From assembly GCA_977018835.1 (NCBI GenBank), contig OZ361258.1, forward strand, positions 1,550,001-1,614,000: a DNA stretch of 64,000 nucleotides, in the 5' to 3' direction. The number at the start of each line of letters is the position of its first letter. Within the stretch, counting starts at the first letter, position 1. Position numbers and translations under genes: made by a program. Positions 22,701-33,799 of this stretch are shown here, piece by piece. This stretch comes from Minutocellus sp. GHC0000111 (Eukaryota). The notes beneath the pieces are model-generated. The model was given only the letters and a program-made list of their open reading frames with translations. It was not told the DNA's origin and searched no databases.

Positions 22701-23601
22701 CACCTGCACCCCTGTGTGGGATATTAGTATTACTGTTGTTGTTATGTTTGCTCACGGTAGCACTAGCAACCCTCCCACGTCGGACCGGCGTGGACAGGCC
22801 CGTCGTCGTGATGGGTCCGGGAGCACCGCTTTCGCTGGTACAACTTGGACTGTCCGTGCCGCTGGTAGCACTGGCACTACCGGTAGTGCCATGTGTATCT
22901 TCGTCGTCGTCGTCGTCGTCGTCCGACAGCAGCGACCGCGAGTTGGCACTGAGGCTGTTGCTCGGACTATCCCGATTTTGTTGGCCTCCGACATGTGTCC
23001 TGGCTGCATGTGTCCTGGCAGCATCTGGTGCAGACCTCCTCCTTTTCCCAGGACTGCTGCTGCCCCGTTGCATCTGCATCCGTTCCCTAATGCCGTTTCC
23101 TCTGCTACTACTAGTAGGTCCACTAAGCCTACTAGGCCCACTTTTGCCCGCGGATGAGGCACTACCACCGTAACTTCCGGCTCCATCAGCACTGACAGTA
23201 CTGCCATTGTTCTTGTTGTTCAGTATTTCTCTCCGGACGAACCCAACGCTGTCCTTGACACACCCGACGGCGGGAACGACGCACCCGTTCCTAATGCGCC
23301 GGACCGAGGCCGAATTGGCCTCGATCTCGATCCGATCCCGGACCTTGTCGGGCAGGCCTGGGGGCAGGGGCAGACTCGTGCAGGCAGCGGGAGATTTGTC
23401 ATTACGAGCAGCAGTGGAGGCGGCGGCAGTGCCAGCGGCAGCGGCAGCAGAAGACGAGGAGGACGAGCCATACATGTTCTGGGCCCGGCGGTGCCGCCTC
23501 CGATCGTGCATTCGGTTGGCCCCCTCTTTCGCTTCGGCGCCGACGCCGGTGCTGCCGGTGCCGGTGCCGGTACCGGCAGCGTGGTGGTGATGAGGCGGCA
23601 T
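19714..23601 (-). CDS. Large coiled-coil protein with low-complexity N-terminus, 1295 aa (intact copy)
   Basis: Long ORF; E/L/K/R heptad-rich C-terminal half. Confidence 0.8.
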   Translation of the reverse strand: MPPHHHHAAGTGTGTGSTGVGAEAKEGANRMHDRRRHRRAQNMYGSSSSSSAAAAAGTAAASTAARNDKSPAACTSLPLPPGLPDKVRDRIEIEANSASVRRIRNGCVVPAVGCVKDSVGFVRREILNNKNNGSTVSADGAGSYGGSASSAGKSGPSRLSGPTSSSRGNGIRERMQMQRGSSSPGKRRRSAPDAARTHAARTHVGGQQNRDSPSNSLSANSRSLLSDDDDDDDEDTHGTTGSASATSGTDSPSCTSESGAPGPITTTGLSTPVRRGRVASATVSKHNNNSNTNIPHRGAGDGDGDGKYVDADADVNASIERREREERLKGERNWMMTTTTTKTTTKTTMMTATATSPRGVASPDAKMKGRSAAAAVGFSGIQFASYEDEDEDSSGIGSGQEEYVVSNGIGNRDEFHPSNDNTRGDGYDDKNNSNSILDDDNDVQNAMTSSGAAADDDGGNTVENNDDMLDLRLSLFQGDEISRSIMSSGSDPSTNVDGQGSAHEDVTKKMVPVSQLKRTVGELALQDDMIDKLQLELAEIRSDRDGLLEEVMHLRKQQGISARKDEEQGTKLVQQGQIERLMAEMEMLRSEVAEKDDEIQRHESYRQRQNQLHDRNASRQKRQEEEIRRLEAALTLARTARANGTTSRDGSGLFSDDAGDVGDEDDESGSVSTGYTYPQRKQTEMAHSAAAKLRPGLSAADNMVDNLQHRTEVIDLKLQISEYESKLRNSVEELADTRNDLKFERDGREKAEGELAKAREIEKGLRARCEENESLNRSIGPQSFPVDMDEIDAIHGDFEEELNRNNEEIRRLAAENDRYLALLDVAENGLNEAKCQIESLQDENEELRLTKKLIEREIDVSVDQDAFLRSEIEALQQILAETEKEAKVASKNSAATSMKSSPREEALEEELSTLKVQMAKAQEILLGAKEKYESEWTASEKLVRELQEENERMKRQISIAVYATTDSSLSVMNVSLKTQVASLKSRLADQGQQLTELEMKLSEKTELESTLREAITVLKRQVALLRRHDDKGDDLRRADGANDILQDELDGLEEILASVEIDRIEGTITADEVDEIKQELEGRLHKSELARLDAEAELVTAREALQREQADGRNVRQEHAQMNLARLDLEKRLANNVEATELLRSEFANIRQQLHRAGIKIESLPQKQKQQNGKRVTWSMSEQTEAENLIKRSEKVTAGYADEISELKQLLGQVLEQGKKERDAGSKELNEISNDKLLQASSDLRSLIRIRNDMETLSRSIQHNCQAVLRIHQANKELKEGKYVAPNDEIIDELC

Positions 23602-24505
23602 TGCCGGCGTGGCTGCCTACACGTACCTGCCGGAGAGGCGAGCGAGGCAGCGCGCGCTGCTGTTGTAGATAGATAGATGTTGCAATGTGCCACGGCTCAA
23701 AAGACGCGGCCGGCGTGAATGACGGCACACTCTTCGGTGGCCCGCGAGCTCTCCTTCAGTGCCCGAATCAGCAGCTCAGCAGCAGCGCAGGTCGCGCCTT
23801 GCCCGCCATCATGGCGCATGGCATGGCGCACTTGCTCGCCGTCACGCGACCAGATAGGAATCCTAGCTAGGCCTAGCTAGCTAGTACTAGCTACGTAGCT
23901 ACGTAGTAGCTACGTAGAGCCGACGAGCAAAGTTCAAATTTTTCAGCAGTCCGACTGAGCCCAAAAAGAAAGTTATGACATCATATAGATAACTTTTTTC
24001 CAAGCGTCGAACGAGTCAAAAAGGGGGCATAAAAGAGGCACTGCTACAGGCGCACGTGCATGGAGGCTGGCACATGCATGGCGGGCGGTCATTTCCGCCA
24101 TGCCGTCTCGGCGTGTATGGTGACGAACGCGCGCCACCGAGCACCGGTACAACATAACACCAAAGGCAGCAAAGAGTTATCGCATCCCACCGGTTTCCGT
24201 TCGAGTTGCTGATCCTTGGCGCTGATCTGCACTTGTCCCTGACTAAAATCGAGTCGAGTCCTCGTCGAGTCGGCCGGGGGTGGGGCCATTGGCCATTGTG
24301 GCCAAACACCACGGGAGGCGGCCGAGGTCTGTAGGATAGGAATTCACTTTTTCTTCGGAGAGACAGTCGTAGTCTTCGGGATCAGTTGTGATAATCACAT
24401 ATCTTACTTGCTTGTCGCTTAAAGAGCATAGAAGACTCTAAGTCAGTAGGCTCTATCTAGCTCGCTAGTAGGGCGAATTCGATTGCCAAGCAAGCAGGAG
24501 CAAGC

Positions 24506-26789
24506 ATGAACCATCCGGAACTCAACGCCGCCGAGGCCGACGTGATCGAGCTGTACGGGAGGGTTCAGCCGGACCCAACGCTACCGCAACATGCGACGAC
24601 GGCATCAACAAAAGAAGAACCCGTCAAGCAGCCCGCCGATGTCGTCAAAAAGCCCAGCATTTTCGATCACGTGGACCACAGCACCGAAGAAGAGATCCGG
24701 CCGTTCAGCAAGGACTATATTGGGGTTTTGGCTAACTATTTGTCTGTCGGTTTGATGCTTGGGGGAAGCACATCAATCCTCTATCCGATATTAGTAGTGA
24801 GGGAAGGAGTAACTCCATCTCTCATGACAGCAAGTACTTCACTTGTAACGGTGTTCTGGTCCTATAAAATACTGTTTGGATTCCTGTCGGACTGCTTCCC
24901 ACTTTTTGGATTGAAACGCAAGCCATACATTTGTTTGGGATGGACCTTATGTGCGTTCTTCCTGCTAGCGCTGGCCCGGGAAGGCCACGAGGTATTGCCC
25001 CACACGTTGGTTTTGTATCTGACTCTGGCCAACTGCGGATATGTCATGGCGGACGTCAGTGCTGACGGGTGAGTACCTTTTTGCTCTTGTTGAGTTACGA
25101 GAAGTCGAGTCTGGGCATAGATCGGATTTTTTCCTAAAAAGAAAGCTGCACTAGTTCATAGATCGGATTTTTCCTAAAAAGAATGCTACACTAGTTTTGG
25201 TTTGCTCATTCTTATCTTGCCTGCTTCTCACTTCCAGGTTTATGGTTTGGATCGCACATCGTGAGCCCATAAATCAGAGAGGACGGATGCAAACGTAAGT
25301 AGTATGGTCCACTATCATTATCAGTACCAAGCATCGTCGCATGATGTTTTTTGCTGACGAGATCGTACCTCTCTTACTCAAATAATTTACAGGCTCATAT
25401 ACGCAACGAACACATTGGGACAAATTTTGATCAACATACTGATATTGCTCGGCTTCTCGGGGCCTCAAACCAATTGTCCGGGATATGAGCCTGATCCCAC
25501 CATCCCTTGTACTCAAGATCCACGTATCGTGAGTCGAAATGATTTGTCAGCCTCTGTTCCCGACGAGTGGTGCCATCTCAAATGCCACAACGCAACGTTT
25601 GCATGGGATTTATCGATACCCGCATTTGCACTGATCATTGCGGCGGTGAACCTTGCTAGTATTCCCCTCTACGTCATTCTCAAGGAGGAGAGAACACCGC
25701 CAGAGGCAGTCAAGAAATTCCTCAAGTCGTTCTGGGAACAAATCAAACGACGGGCCATGTGGCAGATCCTCCTCTATTCCATGGTATCGCACATTACCTT
25801 TGGGGTAGAGAATGCAGCCAAAACATCTGCCAACTATGTCCTGTTGGACCTTCACACTTCGCAATATCAAATCATGATTCTAATGGAGAAGTGCATCTTC
25901 TTCGTTGGCCTTACTTACATCCGCAAATATGCTCTTCATCTGTCATGGCGCAAGATGATGATTGCGGGTTCAACCCTGGTCACAATTTTCAACGCATTGT
26001 ACTTCCTCATCATCTTTGACGTGTTGCGAAATCCAGCCTTTTACATTTTTTCGGACGTGAGCGGTAAATTTATCTTTACACTGAACTTCCTCGCGTCTTT
26101 GTTCTGCATGGTTGAAATTGCCGAGCCAGGATATGAAGCAATCACCTACAGTCTCATCACAACGGCGGGCAATGCGGTCAGTCCACTTTCTTCAGTTATT
26201 TCGTATCAATTCCTCGCGTTCTTCCCTGAGCTGGCGACGCAAGAGTCCATTGCCACCGATACGCCTCAAGTACGACATGAGTTGGGCGTCCTTCACGCCA
26301 TTACCATCGTCATTAACTTGACTTCCCTTTTCTCATTACCGCTGCTTCCGCGGCAGAAGAAAGAAACACGGGAACTCGTGGCTTCGGGCGAAAAGAGCAA
26401 ATTCTGGGGAGCTTTCGCTTTGTTGTCAGGCCTTACATTTCTCATCTACTCAACCATCGTTACCTTTGTGACGGTTGCACTGCATGATGTGTGAGTTCTT
26501 TCATGTGTCTCCTGTTGTGATCGTTGAGATAGATCATCACGATATATGCTCATATATACATGCTCAATATTTTCTACCTCTATCCTTTTCACCACTTTCC
26601 CTGTCTTCCCTTAGTTATGGATGTTTTAAAATCTTTGGCGGCACTGGATGTTCCGCAGATGAGAGTCCTGTACCCGCCCGATTCCTTGTGGTTGTCGCTC
26701 TTCTTTACTGCTACGTTGTCAACTTTTACCTCTCCTACTTACCGATACTTCGAGGTAAGAAGAGGAGTTTTAGGGATCTATTCTTATAG
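24506..26789 (+). CDS. MFS transporter, BT1 / folate-biopterin transporter-like, 4 exons (copy 1)
   Basis: Exons 24506-25068, 25238-25294, 25393-26490, 26615-26789 with GT-AG introns. Motifs WSYKILFGFLSDCFPLFGLKRKPY, ADVSADG, REP..RGRMQT, EIAEPGYEAITYSLITT. Confidence 0.88.
25116..25196. repeat. ~40-bp imperfect tandem duplication in intron 1 of the BT1-like gene (also at 42653-42733)
   Basis: catagatcggattttttcctaaaaagaaagctgcactagtt followed by catagatcggatttttcctaaaaagaatgctacactagtt. Confidence 0.9.
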
Positions 26790-26855
26790 CTAGTTCGTAT
26801 TAGCAAATGTGTGCAGCCGCTACCAGTAGTTAAAGTCTGTATAAAAAGGTCGACT

Positions 26856-28235
26856 CTAATAGGATGGGAAATATCGCTCGATCCGTCCCCAAGTTCTATT
26901 TGTAGAGATGCTGCGAGCGAGTTCTTTCACTGCCTTTTTTTCTGTTCTCGTAAAGTAATCTCTGTAGGTCTTGCCGCTTTCAAACAATTCCGGCTCATTT
27001 TTCATACGCTCAATATTCAAAAAGGTCATGAGCTCAGCCACGGTCTCGTTGAAGTTTGAGAAATAATCCTCGTAATGCAAAATCAGCGTCGGCAGCATTA
27101 AATTGGCCTGCGTGCGTTCTGCGTAGTGATGCCAGAGCAAATATCGGATAAAGTCTGCATGACAGGGGATCTTTTTGAGCAATACCTTCCGCTTGATAAA
27201 TGCAGTCAAAGTCGATTCTTCTTCCACAAAACTTGCATCGATATGATTGCACCATTCTCGGAACCCTTCCTTGGTGTAATCAAAGTGCATCAAATCTTTG
27301 CTGTCCCCATTGCTCTTATTGTTGCGCCGACTATCCAATTCCTTGGCCTTGAGATGAAATCTGGAAACGTTATCAAATGGATTTCGCAACAGATGCACTG
27401 CCCTCTCCACCAATGCTGATCCGTCATACTGAACTACCACAAATCTCTTTTCATCTTTATCTGACTTCGCTTCATTGTCAAAGCGGCATCTCGCGCTCAT
27501 CTTTCCCGTGCTACATGCTTCGGCAAAGCTCTGGGCCGTCTCAAAGTACAGGGAGGGACCACACCCATTGCAGTAGCCTCCACAGTGTGTCTTTGTGAGA
27601 AGATATTCTCCATCGCCACTCCCGCCAAGATGATCATAAGTATTGGACTGCCAAAATGGACCAGTGGTATTCAAGTTAGAAGCAATTGGGCGGCTACATC
27701 CATATGCATCACGCGTTGAGGCGCCGTAGTTGGTTGCGGTGGAGGCATTGGTTATTGTGCGGATGAGTTTTGAAGTATAGCTCGTGCCAGAGTTGGGAAA
27801 CGACATGAGCCAGGCCAGTTTCGGCTTTGAGGGTTTGGGCTTGCGAATTGCTGACGACTCCGCTTTTGTTGGACTGCGCTTCGCCTTTTCTGGCACTGTA
27901 ATCGGCTCGGATTTGCCCTTGGTATCTTTATTTACAGTTGGCGAGGGATGAAAAGAACCGCTTTCTTTCTTTTTCACCGGCACTGTTTTCGAGGAAGACG
28001 CGTGGTTATCGCCTCCACGTTCATTCTTCTGCCGTGATGAAGTTCGATGCTTCTCAACGGACGGAGGAACCTCTCTCCTGCTGCTGCTGCCGGCATTCGA
28101 AGCTCGACCAGCACCAGCACCCAAGAAGTCGAATGCGGCGAAAATACTCGTTACGCGGCCAATGGTTGTTATTGCGATAATAAAGAGGAGGAGGATCAGC
28201 AGCAGAGCAGCCGCTCGTGATGGACGGCTCGCCAT
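26856..28235 (-). CDS. Golgi-type (type II membrane) sulfotransferase-like protein (copy 1)
   Basis: N-terminal TM anchor; PAPS-binding-like motifs LMSFPNSGTSYT, LTKTHC, HLLRNPFDN, LHYED. Confidence 0.82.
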   Translation of the reverse strand: MASRPSRAAALLLILLLFIIAITTIGRVTSIFAAFDFLGAGAGRASNAGSSSRREVPPSVEKHRTSSRQKNERGGDNHASSSKTVPVKKKESGSFHPSPTVNKDTKGKSEPITVPEKAKRSPTKAESSAIRKPKPSKPKLAWLMSFPNSGTSYTSKLIRTITNASTATNYGASTRDAYGCSRPIASNLNTTGPFWQSNTYDHLGGSGDGEYLLTKTHCGGYCNGCGPSLYFETAQSFAEACSTGKMSARCRFDNEAKSDKDEKRFVVVQYDGSALVERAVHLLRNPFDNVSRFHLKAKELDSRRNNKSNGDSKDLMHFDYTKEGFREWCNHIDASFVEEESTLTAFIKRKVLLKKIPCHADFIRYLLWHHYAERTQANLMLPTLILHYEDYFSNFNETVAELMTFLNIERMKNEPELFESGKTYRDYFTRTEKKAVKELARSISTNRTWGRIERYFPSY

Positions 28236-28542
28236 TGCATGGTCTATTTATTTCTCCTCCATGGTTCTTCCCGCGAGGAATGATGGCAAGAGGCCGGGCC
28301 GGGAAAATGAGCGCGCCGGCACAGCTTTCGGCACGAGCCTGCCGAGCCTTGGCGGTTGCAAAGAAATGACGACAGTCCGCGTCAGACTGACTTCTTTCCG
28401 CCATGAGCATGAGGCCAAAATGCCATACGCATGGCCACCATCGCCACCACCTGAGTTACGGCTGTAGTTCGTGCGATTGGCTTGATTTGGCAGGTTCGAT
28501 TTCACTGGATACTTCTTGGCGAGCGAGACGATACCACCAAAC

Positions 28543-30012
28543 ATGCGCCGGACAAAAGGCGCCAACAACGACGAGCGTCATATAACGCAAGCCCTGCGTT
28601 CCCTGGGTGTTGATATTTTGGAGCCACAATCAGAATACGAGATTGAATTTGCAGAAGCACTTTCTGCCTTCTCCTCATTTGTTCTTATCGACGAGGCTTC
28701 CAAGTGCCGATCGATAATTGAGAGCTATTTGGCATCTGGCGATGCGAGATGTGGCGGCGTCGGTATACTGCAAGGCGGAGATGAACACGATATATATCGA
28801 CTGCAGATGCGAGATGACGACGAGAACGACGATGACGAGGAGGAAGACGACGGCTACAACCAGAATCCTGGTACCGCCGCCGCCAAAGAAATGTTACAGG
28901 CATTCCACTCATCGCGCCACGGATCCAGATATCGCAAGAAGCTGACAGTTGCCAAGCTAAAGAAGAATTTGCTAAACATGTGTGAGCGGTGGAAGCAGAA
29001 CCGACCACCCGGGTCGGCCGAGAGCTATCGCAGATACATCAACCTCGGAAATCTTATGTGGATCCTTTCGTTTGGTCCAGTGCCCGGGCAATACCGCCAC
29101 ATTGACAATATCGATCCAAATAACCAGATATGCTGCTATATGAGCGATCATTGTCCAAGTACATTGGTTTATAATTTGGATGGGCCGGATATTGTTTGCG
29201 CAGAGGACTTAGTGGAGTATTGGGACGAGATGCTGGACGATGCTGTGCCAAATCTCATAAAGGAGATGTTTGCGTCCGTATGCGACGAGAGGCTTGACGA
29301 TCCATCTCGTCGGGCATATATTCCTCCGAGATTGGCTGCATGGGGGTCCATCGATGAGACTCTTTCGAGATTCGGAAAACTTTACAGGCCGGTGAGGAAA
29401 TGTTTGTCGTTACCAACTGATCCAGGCACAACGTTGGTTGCGGGCGGCAATGAAGTGCATGCTGGGCCGCCAACGAAGGGTCCGAGAATGTTTGCATTTG
29501 CTGTTGGAATACCAGAGGCAGATTATGGAGCGAATGACTTTGGTTTACATTTTGATGGCGGGGTTGACAGTGATGATAGCGAGGATGACGGGAAATCCAA
29601 CCAAGAAAACGAATTCGCCTACAAGCAAAGCGGCAACGGAGAGGTCCAGTATTGTCCGGCGTTGCTGCATCTGGATTTGTGTTCCATCTTGTTTGCCGTG
29701 ATGAGAAATGAGTATACCCATCGAGATTCTGCCTCTGACCAAAGAGATTCCAAGTTATTTCTCATCAGAATGTTGGTTGGATTTATTGCTGAAAATCCCA
29801 ATGAAACGTATGCTCAGAATCTTGCCGACGGCCAAAGGAAGGGACATCGAGAGTGGATAGAAAAATTGTGCGATCGAATCCAAAACAATTCTGGATATGA
29901 TGATTTGATTGAAGAAGCGGTAACATGCGATGGCATTATCTGTGGTGAGATCGAAGGATACGCTGGCGCTAAAAAGAAGGCAAAAGGTCGGCCTGGTAAG
30001 AGGCGTAAATAG
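28543..30012 (+). CDS. Hypothetical protein, possible 2OG-Fe(II) oxygenase/cupin fold (copy 1)
   Basis: Long ORF from ATG 28543; QYRHID (HxD) and distal VHAGP motif; basic C-terminus. Confidence 0.6.
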   Translation: MRRTKGANNDERHITQALRSLGVDILEPQSEYEIEFAEALSAFSSFVLIDEASKCRSIIESYLASGDARCGGVGILQGGDEHDIYRLQMRDDDENDDDEEEDDGYNQNPGTAAAKEMLQAFHSSRHGSRYRKKLTVAKLKKNLLNMCERWKQNRPPGSAESYRRYINLGNLMWILSFGPVPGQYRHIDNIDPNNQICCYMSDHCPSTLVYNLDGPDIVCAEDLVEYWDEMLDDAVPNLIKEMFASVCDERLDDPSRRAYIPPRLAAWGSIDETLSRFGKLYRPVRKCLSLPTDPGTTLVAGGNEVHAGPPTKGPRMFAFAVGIPEADYGANDFGLHFDGGVDSDDSEDDGKSNQENEFAYKQSGNGEVQYCPALLHLDLCSILFAVMRNEYTHRDSASDQRDSKLFLIRMLVGFIAENPNETYAQNLADGQRKGHREWIEKLCDRIQNNSGYDDLIEEAVTCDGIICGEIEGYAGAKKKAKGRPGKRRK

Positions 30013-30425
30013 TACTAGTACTATTAAGGCATAAACATTTTTTTCTCTTTTGTGGACCGAACGTTGCCGCATGGGTCAAAGACGCACTACTGGGAGCAGG
30101 AAGAAGACTCAAATCAGATTCCGAGTACAGTAGAAGGAAGGAATCGGTTTAGTGGGGAAAGCAAATGGCCCTACGAATTCACATTACGGCTGTTTGAATG
30201 ATTAGAGCATTTGATGCTACGATCGTATGCATACGCATATATAAAATCAAGAGAAAACACCTCGAAATATGAGATATAGCTCTATATTAGTATGTGCACA
30301 AGGTGGGCTGAAATAGATGAGTCGCATATGTATCAAAACATGTTGACATTTTACGGCCTAGACTACATGTAGCTAAAGTGCATCCATGAAAGGAAGACCT
30401 GAGCACATACCACCACAATGCTCTT

Positions 30426-31465
30426 TTAGGAATGATTGGTTTCATCAGCGCCATCGGCACCATCAGCCTCGGTCACCACGGAATCCAACCGCTTCAACTT
30501 CTTCATGCCCCGCTGCACATCTTCCGGAATTCCGATGCCGTTCTTGATAAGTAATTCTTCCAGCTGTTGATTGTACTTCATCACCTTGCCGTGTTTGTGT
30601 CCATGGTACTCATTCGTCACCTCAATGATACCATGTCCGATCCGCACGAATCTCCAAAGACGGGCAAAGATGAGCAATCCAGCCAATTCGGCCACCGCCT
30701 CATTACTCGAGAAGTAGAACCCAAGCTCCAGGCCCAGAGACATGGTCACCACCACAAAATCCAGGACATAAAACGGTTTCTTGAAGAATACTCTGGGTTT
30801 CAAGCAGATGATGAGCAAGCATAGTTCGATGAGGAATATTCCAAGGATGGCAATCGTCATCGAGAAGAGGATGGTGTGAAGTGAATGGATGGCGGCGTGC
30901 TTGTGCTCGTCGCATCCCGCCGGACAGGCCGTCTCAATGCCGGCTTCGCAGACCGAATTGTGTCCGCCATCATCCTTTACAGCAAGGAACCTCAATAGGA
31001 AATGACCACCACCGCCGCTGCCGCCGCCGTCATCGTGCTTGTCTGTAGCAATTCCACAGGTCGGCATATCGTCCGCCGCTTCGGCAAGGTAGCGATGACC
31101 GTCATCGCCACCATCAGCGCCATACGCACCCGCATCGGCATACGTGTAACTACTGGGACAGCACGACACGGCATCTCGGGTAACGACGCTGCAGGAAGGA
31201 TAACAGGATAATGAGAAGACAAGCAAGAGGCAATAGAGAAGAATACCATGGTGTCAGCTCAAAGTCAATTGAAATGCGACGACGTTTACAGCAAGTAAAA
31301 TCTTCGTTGAGCAACAAGTCCGGTACCAAAAACACAAGTCGGCTGCATGAAAGTCATCAGGCTGGCACAAGCCCAAAAATACATTGTCGTCTCTTGAGAG
31401 TTCGCTACAATTGTACGTAGTTGGAAGGATGAAATAACGTACCGTGGACCGAATCCTCCCTCCAT
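30426..31465 (-). CDS. Voltage-gated proton channel (Hv1)-like protein, S1 not found (copy 1)
   Basis: S2 (IAILGIFLIEL), S3 (YVLDFVVV..SLGLE) and S4 LLIFARLWRFVRIGHG (RxWRxxR signature); coiled-coil tail. Tentative short first exon 31465-31443 and intron 31442-31189. Confidence 0.75.
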
Positions 31466-31855
31466 TCTTCGTCGTGTGGTCGTGGCACCATGGTCGGACT
31501 CTTGCGTTGCGTAGGTCTAGCTAGCTGGTTGCGCCGACAAGAGTAGAGCCGAGCTATCAGTAATCTGACTCCAGCAAGGCGAATGAGCATTCATTCGCTC
31601 CCCCACGTTGTGTCCCCTGCTGTTTGCGTGGCGGCGGTTCGACACGTCGTCATGCACATGTCGCGAAAACTCTCAATGCTGCTGATGATGCAAAGCGGTA
31701 CGTACGAGCAGCATGCTTTACGTACGCAGTTAGTCAGCGAGAGGAAAGATGTGGCAGGAAGGTATCGCGTCAGTGGATGCGATGAGCCAATAACTACGTA
31801 ACGCCGCAATCTTTCATTCATTCCTCTGCCACAATATTAAACAACAAAACAAGCC

Positions 31856-32392
31856 ATGTCGTCCAATGCCATTGCCCGCATAAGTCTCATCCTGGTCGCC
31901 GTCCTCTCGGTGGTGCACGTGTCGGCATTCTCCAGCACAACCAATCAGGCACGAAGAACAACATCCATCGCCGGCATCAGCACGCTCGCCCGGACGGTGC
32001 CCGGGCCTCGCATCGGCGGTGGCGGCGGCCTCGTCTCCCTCCGCATGTCGGCCGAGGACGAGGCCGAGCGTCTCCGCGCCCAGGCGGCCAAGCTCCGCGA
32101 GGAGGTGGCGGAGGCGACGGGCAAGTCGGTGGCGGAAGTCGAGGCCGAAACGACTCCCGAGGCCGAACAAGAGCAGGCCCAGCAGACCGTCCAGCTCAAC
32201 GCTGACGGGACCGTCTACGATGACGAGACTCCGGAATACCTCGATCCTCTCTCGGATAACATGCGCCAACGGTTGATGAGGGAGGCCAGCACCGGACTCG
32301 ATTCCAATCAGAAACAGACCAACGTCATCCTGTACATTTCCATCGCCGTCGCCGTTCTGGTTTTGCTCGGTGGTCAGGGAATTCTCTACTAG
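31856..32392 (+). CDS. Small plastid-targeted protein with C-terminal TM anchor (copy 1)
   Basis: Signal peptide ending VSA|FS, transit-like region, EAERLRAQAAKLREEV coil, C-terminal hydrophobic helix; strong GC3 bias. Confidence 0.85.
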   Translation: MSSNAIARISLILVAVLSVVHVSAFSSTTNQARRTTSIAGISTLARTVPGPRIGGGGGLVSLRMSAEDEAERLRAQAAKLREEVAEATGKSVAEVEAETTPEAEQEQAQQTVQLNADGTVYDDETPEYLDPLSDNMRQRLMREASTGLDSNQKQTNVILYISIAVAVLVLLGGQGILY

Positions 32393-32944
32393 GAAATCAG
32401 GTAGGGTAGGAATGATGCGATGGCTACTACCGGTACGTGGTATAAGTGAAGTGGACAGCATGCGAACAAGATGCCCACGGCATGGAAAACAAATTTCTTT
32501 TTCGGTGTGGCGTGCTGCCTGCAAAGTTGAATATTTACTACTGTATTTGTCCCAATGAATTCTTGCATGGTAGCCTATAAGTGCTTGCGAACACAATACA
32601 CATGCAAATGTCGGAGAACAAATAAATAAAGAATGAAATGGAAATGCGGTCATGTCCCTCCAGATACTGAAGATTTGGTTTGATCAATCTGCCTGCTCCC
32701 TGGGCTACAGCTACTGACAAGAAGATAAATTCACATGAGTAATTATATACGAAGCTGGGAGCTGGAGATTACAATTGGCGCCTAACCCGCCTATATTCAA
32801 AAGTAAAGTAAGTCCAAAAGTTGGATCCTACGGCGGCCCTGATCAATCCATCAACCATCAGGGTCAGTTTTGCCTTTGCGTCTTCCAACCGGTTTACACT
32901 CCGTTTCATTTCAGTTATATTCGCCCTTTAAGCCAAATGTCACT

Positions 32945-33799
32945 TTACACGGACGTACGCAGGACAGGAGCTTCATACTGGAGGATCTTTCGCATAGGCC
33001 TTGTATTGTCGTCGGTGTTGCACCCAAACGCGTCTGAGAGTACCTCCATCCGCTCAATCATCGCTGCCGTTCCCATTTGATCCCCAAAGACAGCCATCTG
33101 ACGTGCGGTACGGCCGCCACGGCCCTTGGAGTCGACACCGGTTTTGAGAGTCAGATCTCCATTCCCAACACAAACGAGGAGGGCAACAAGGGCATCACAT
33201 CCGCGCTGGGCTGCGACATGAAGGGAGCTGTGTCCATTGATGTCCACGGCGTTAGCGTCGGCCTTCCCACGTTGGAGAAGAAGCTGGGCAATCATGACCA
33301 TGTTGTCGATATCGGTGTTGGTAGTGAGGCAGGCGACAAAGTGGAGGACATTAGATCCCCTGTGATTTGGCTTTGTGGCATCTGCTCTGTGCTCAAGCAA
33401 GAGCCTTACCACATTCAATGACCCGGAATGGACAGCTGAGTGGAGCGGGGTATTTCCAAAGGAGTTCCTTGCGGATGGGTCGGCTCCATTCTCCAGTAGT
33501 ACTTTGCAGAGACGTGGCTTTCCTGCGGTGGCAGCAAGATGAAGAGGTGTATTTTGATTGGACACCAAGGTAGAATCGACGATTGCTCCATGGTTGATTA
33601 GCGCCGTGGCGCAGCCGGCTGCTTCTTCGTCATTGCCGTTGGGAGGTGGTGCAGTAGAATGAATTACAGAGGGCGATCCATCCAGACGATTAGAGCAATA
33701 ATTTGGGTCTGCTCCTAATGAGAGTGCCTGCAAGGCCGCCTCGAGATCTCCGTTCGATACTGCGTCAAACAATACGAGATTGGCTGGAGTTGCTGCCAT
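32945..33799 (-). CDS. Ankyrin-repeat protein (copy 1)
   Basis: TPLHLAA, GNTPLHSAV, GHSSLHVAA repeats. Confidence 0.92.
   Translation of the reverse strand: MAATPANLVLFDAVSNGDLEAALQALSLGADPNYCSNRLDGSPSVIHSTAPPPNGNDEEAAGCATALINHGAIVDSTLVSNQNTPLHLAATAGKPRLCKVLLENGADPSARNSFGNTPLHSAVHSGSLNVVRLLLEHRADATKPNHRGSNVLHFVACLTTNTDIDNMVMIAQLLLQRGKADANAVDINGHSSLHVAAQRGCDALVALLVCVGNGDLTLKTGVDSKGRGGRTARQMAVFGDQMGTAAMIERMEVLSDAFGCNTDDNTRPMRKILQYEAPVLRTSV

Noticed and set aside
22270..23173. Long + strand ORFs (295 aa, 222 aa) and their duplicates near 39.8-40.7 kb
   Set aside because: Antisense shadows of the GC-rich N-terminus of the coiled-coil gene.
31814..32653. 279-aa minus-strand ORF (and duplicate 49351-50190)
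   Set aside because: Antisense to the high-GC3 plastid-targeted gene; no recognisable motifs.
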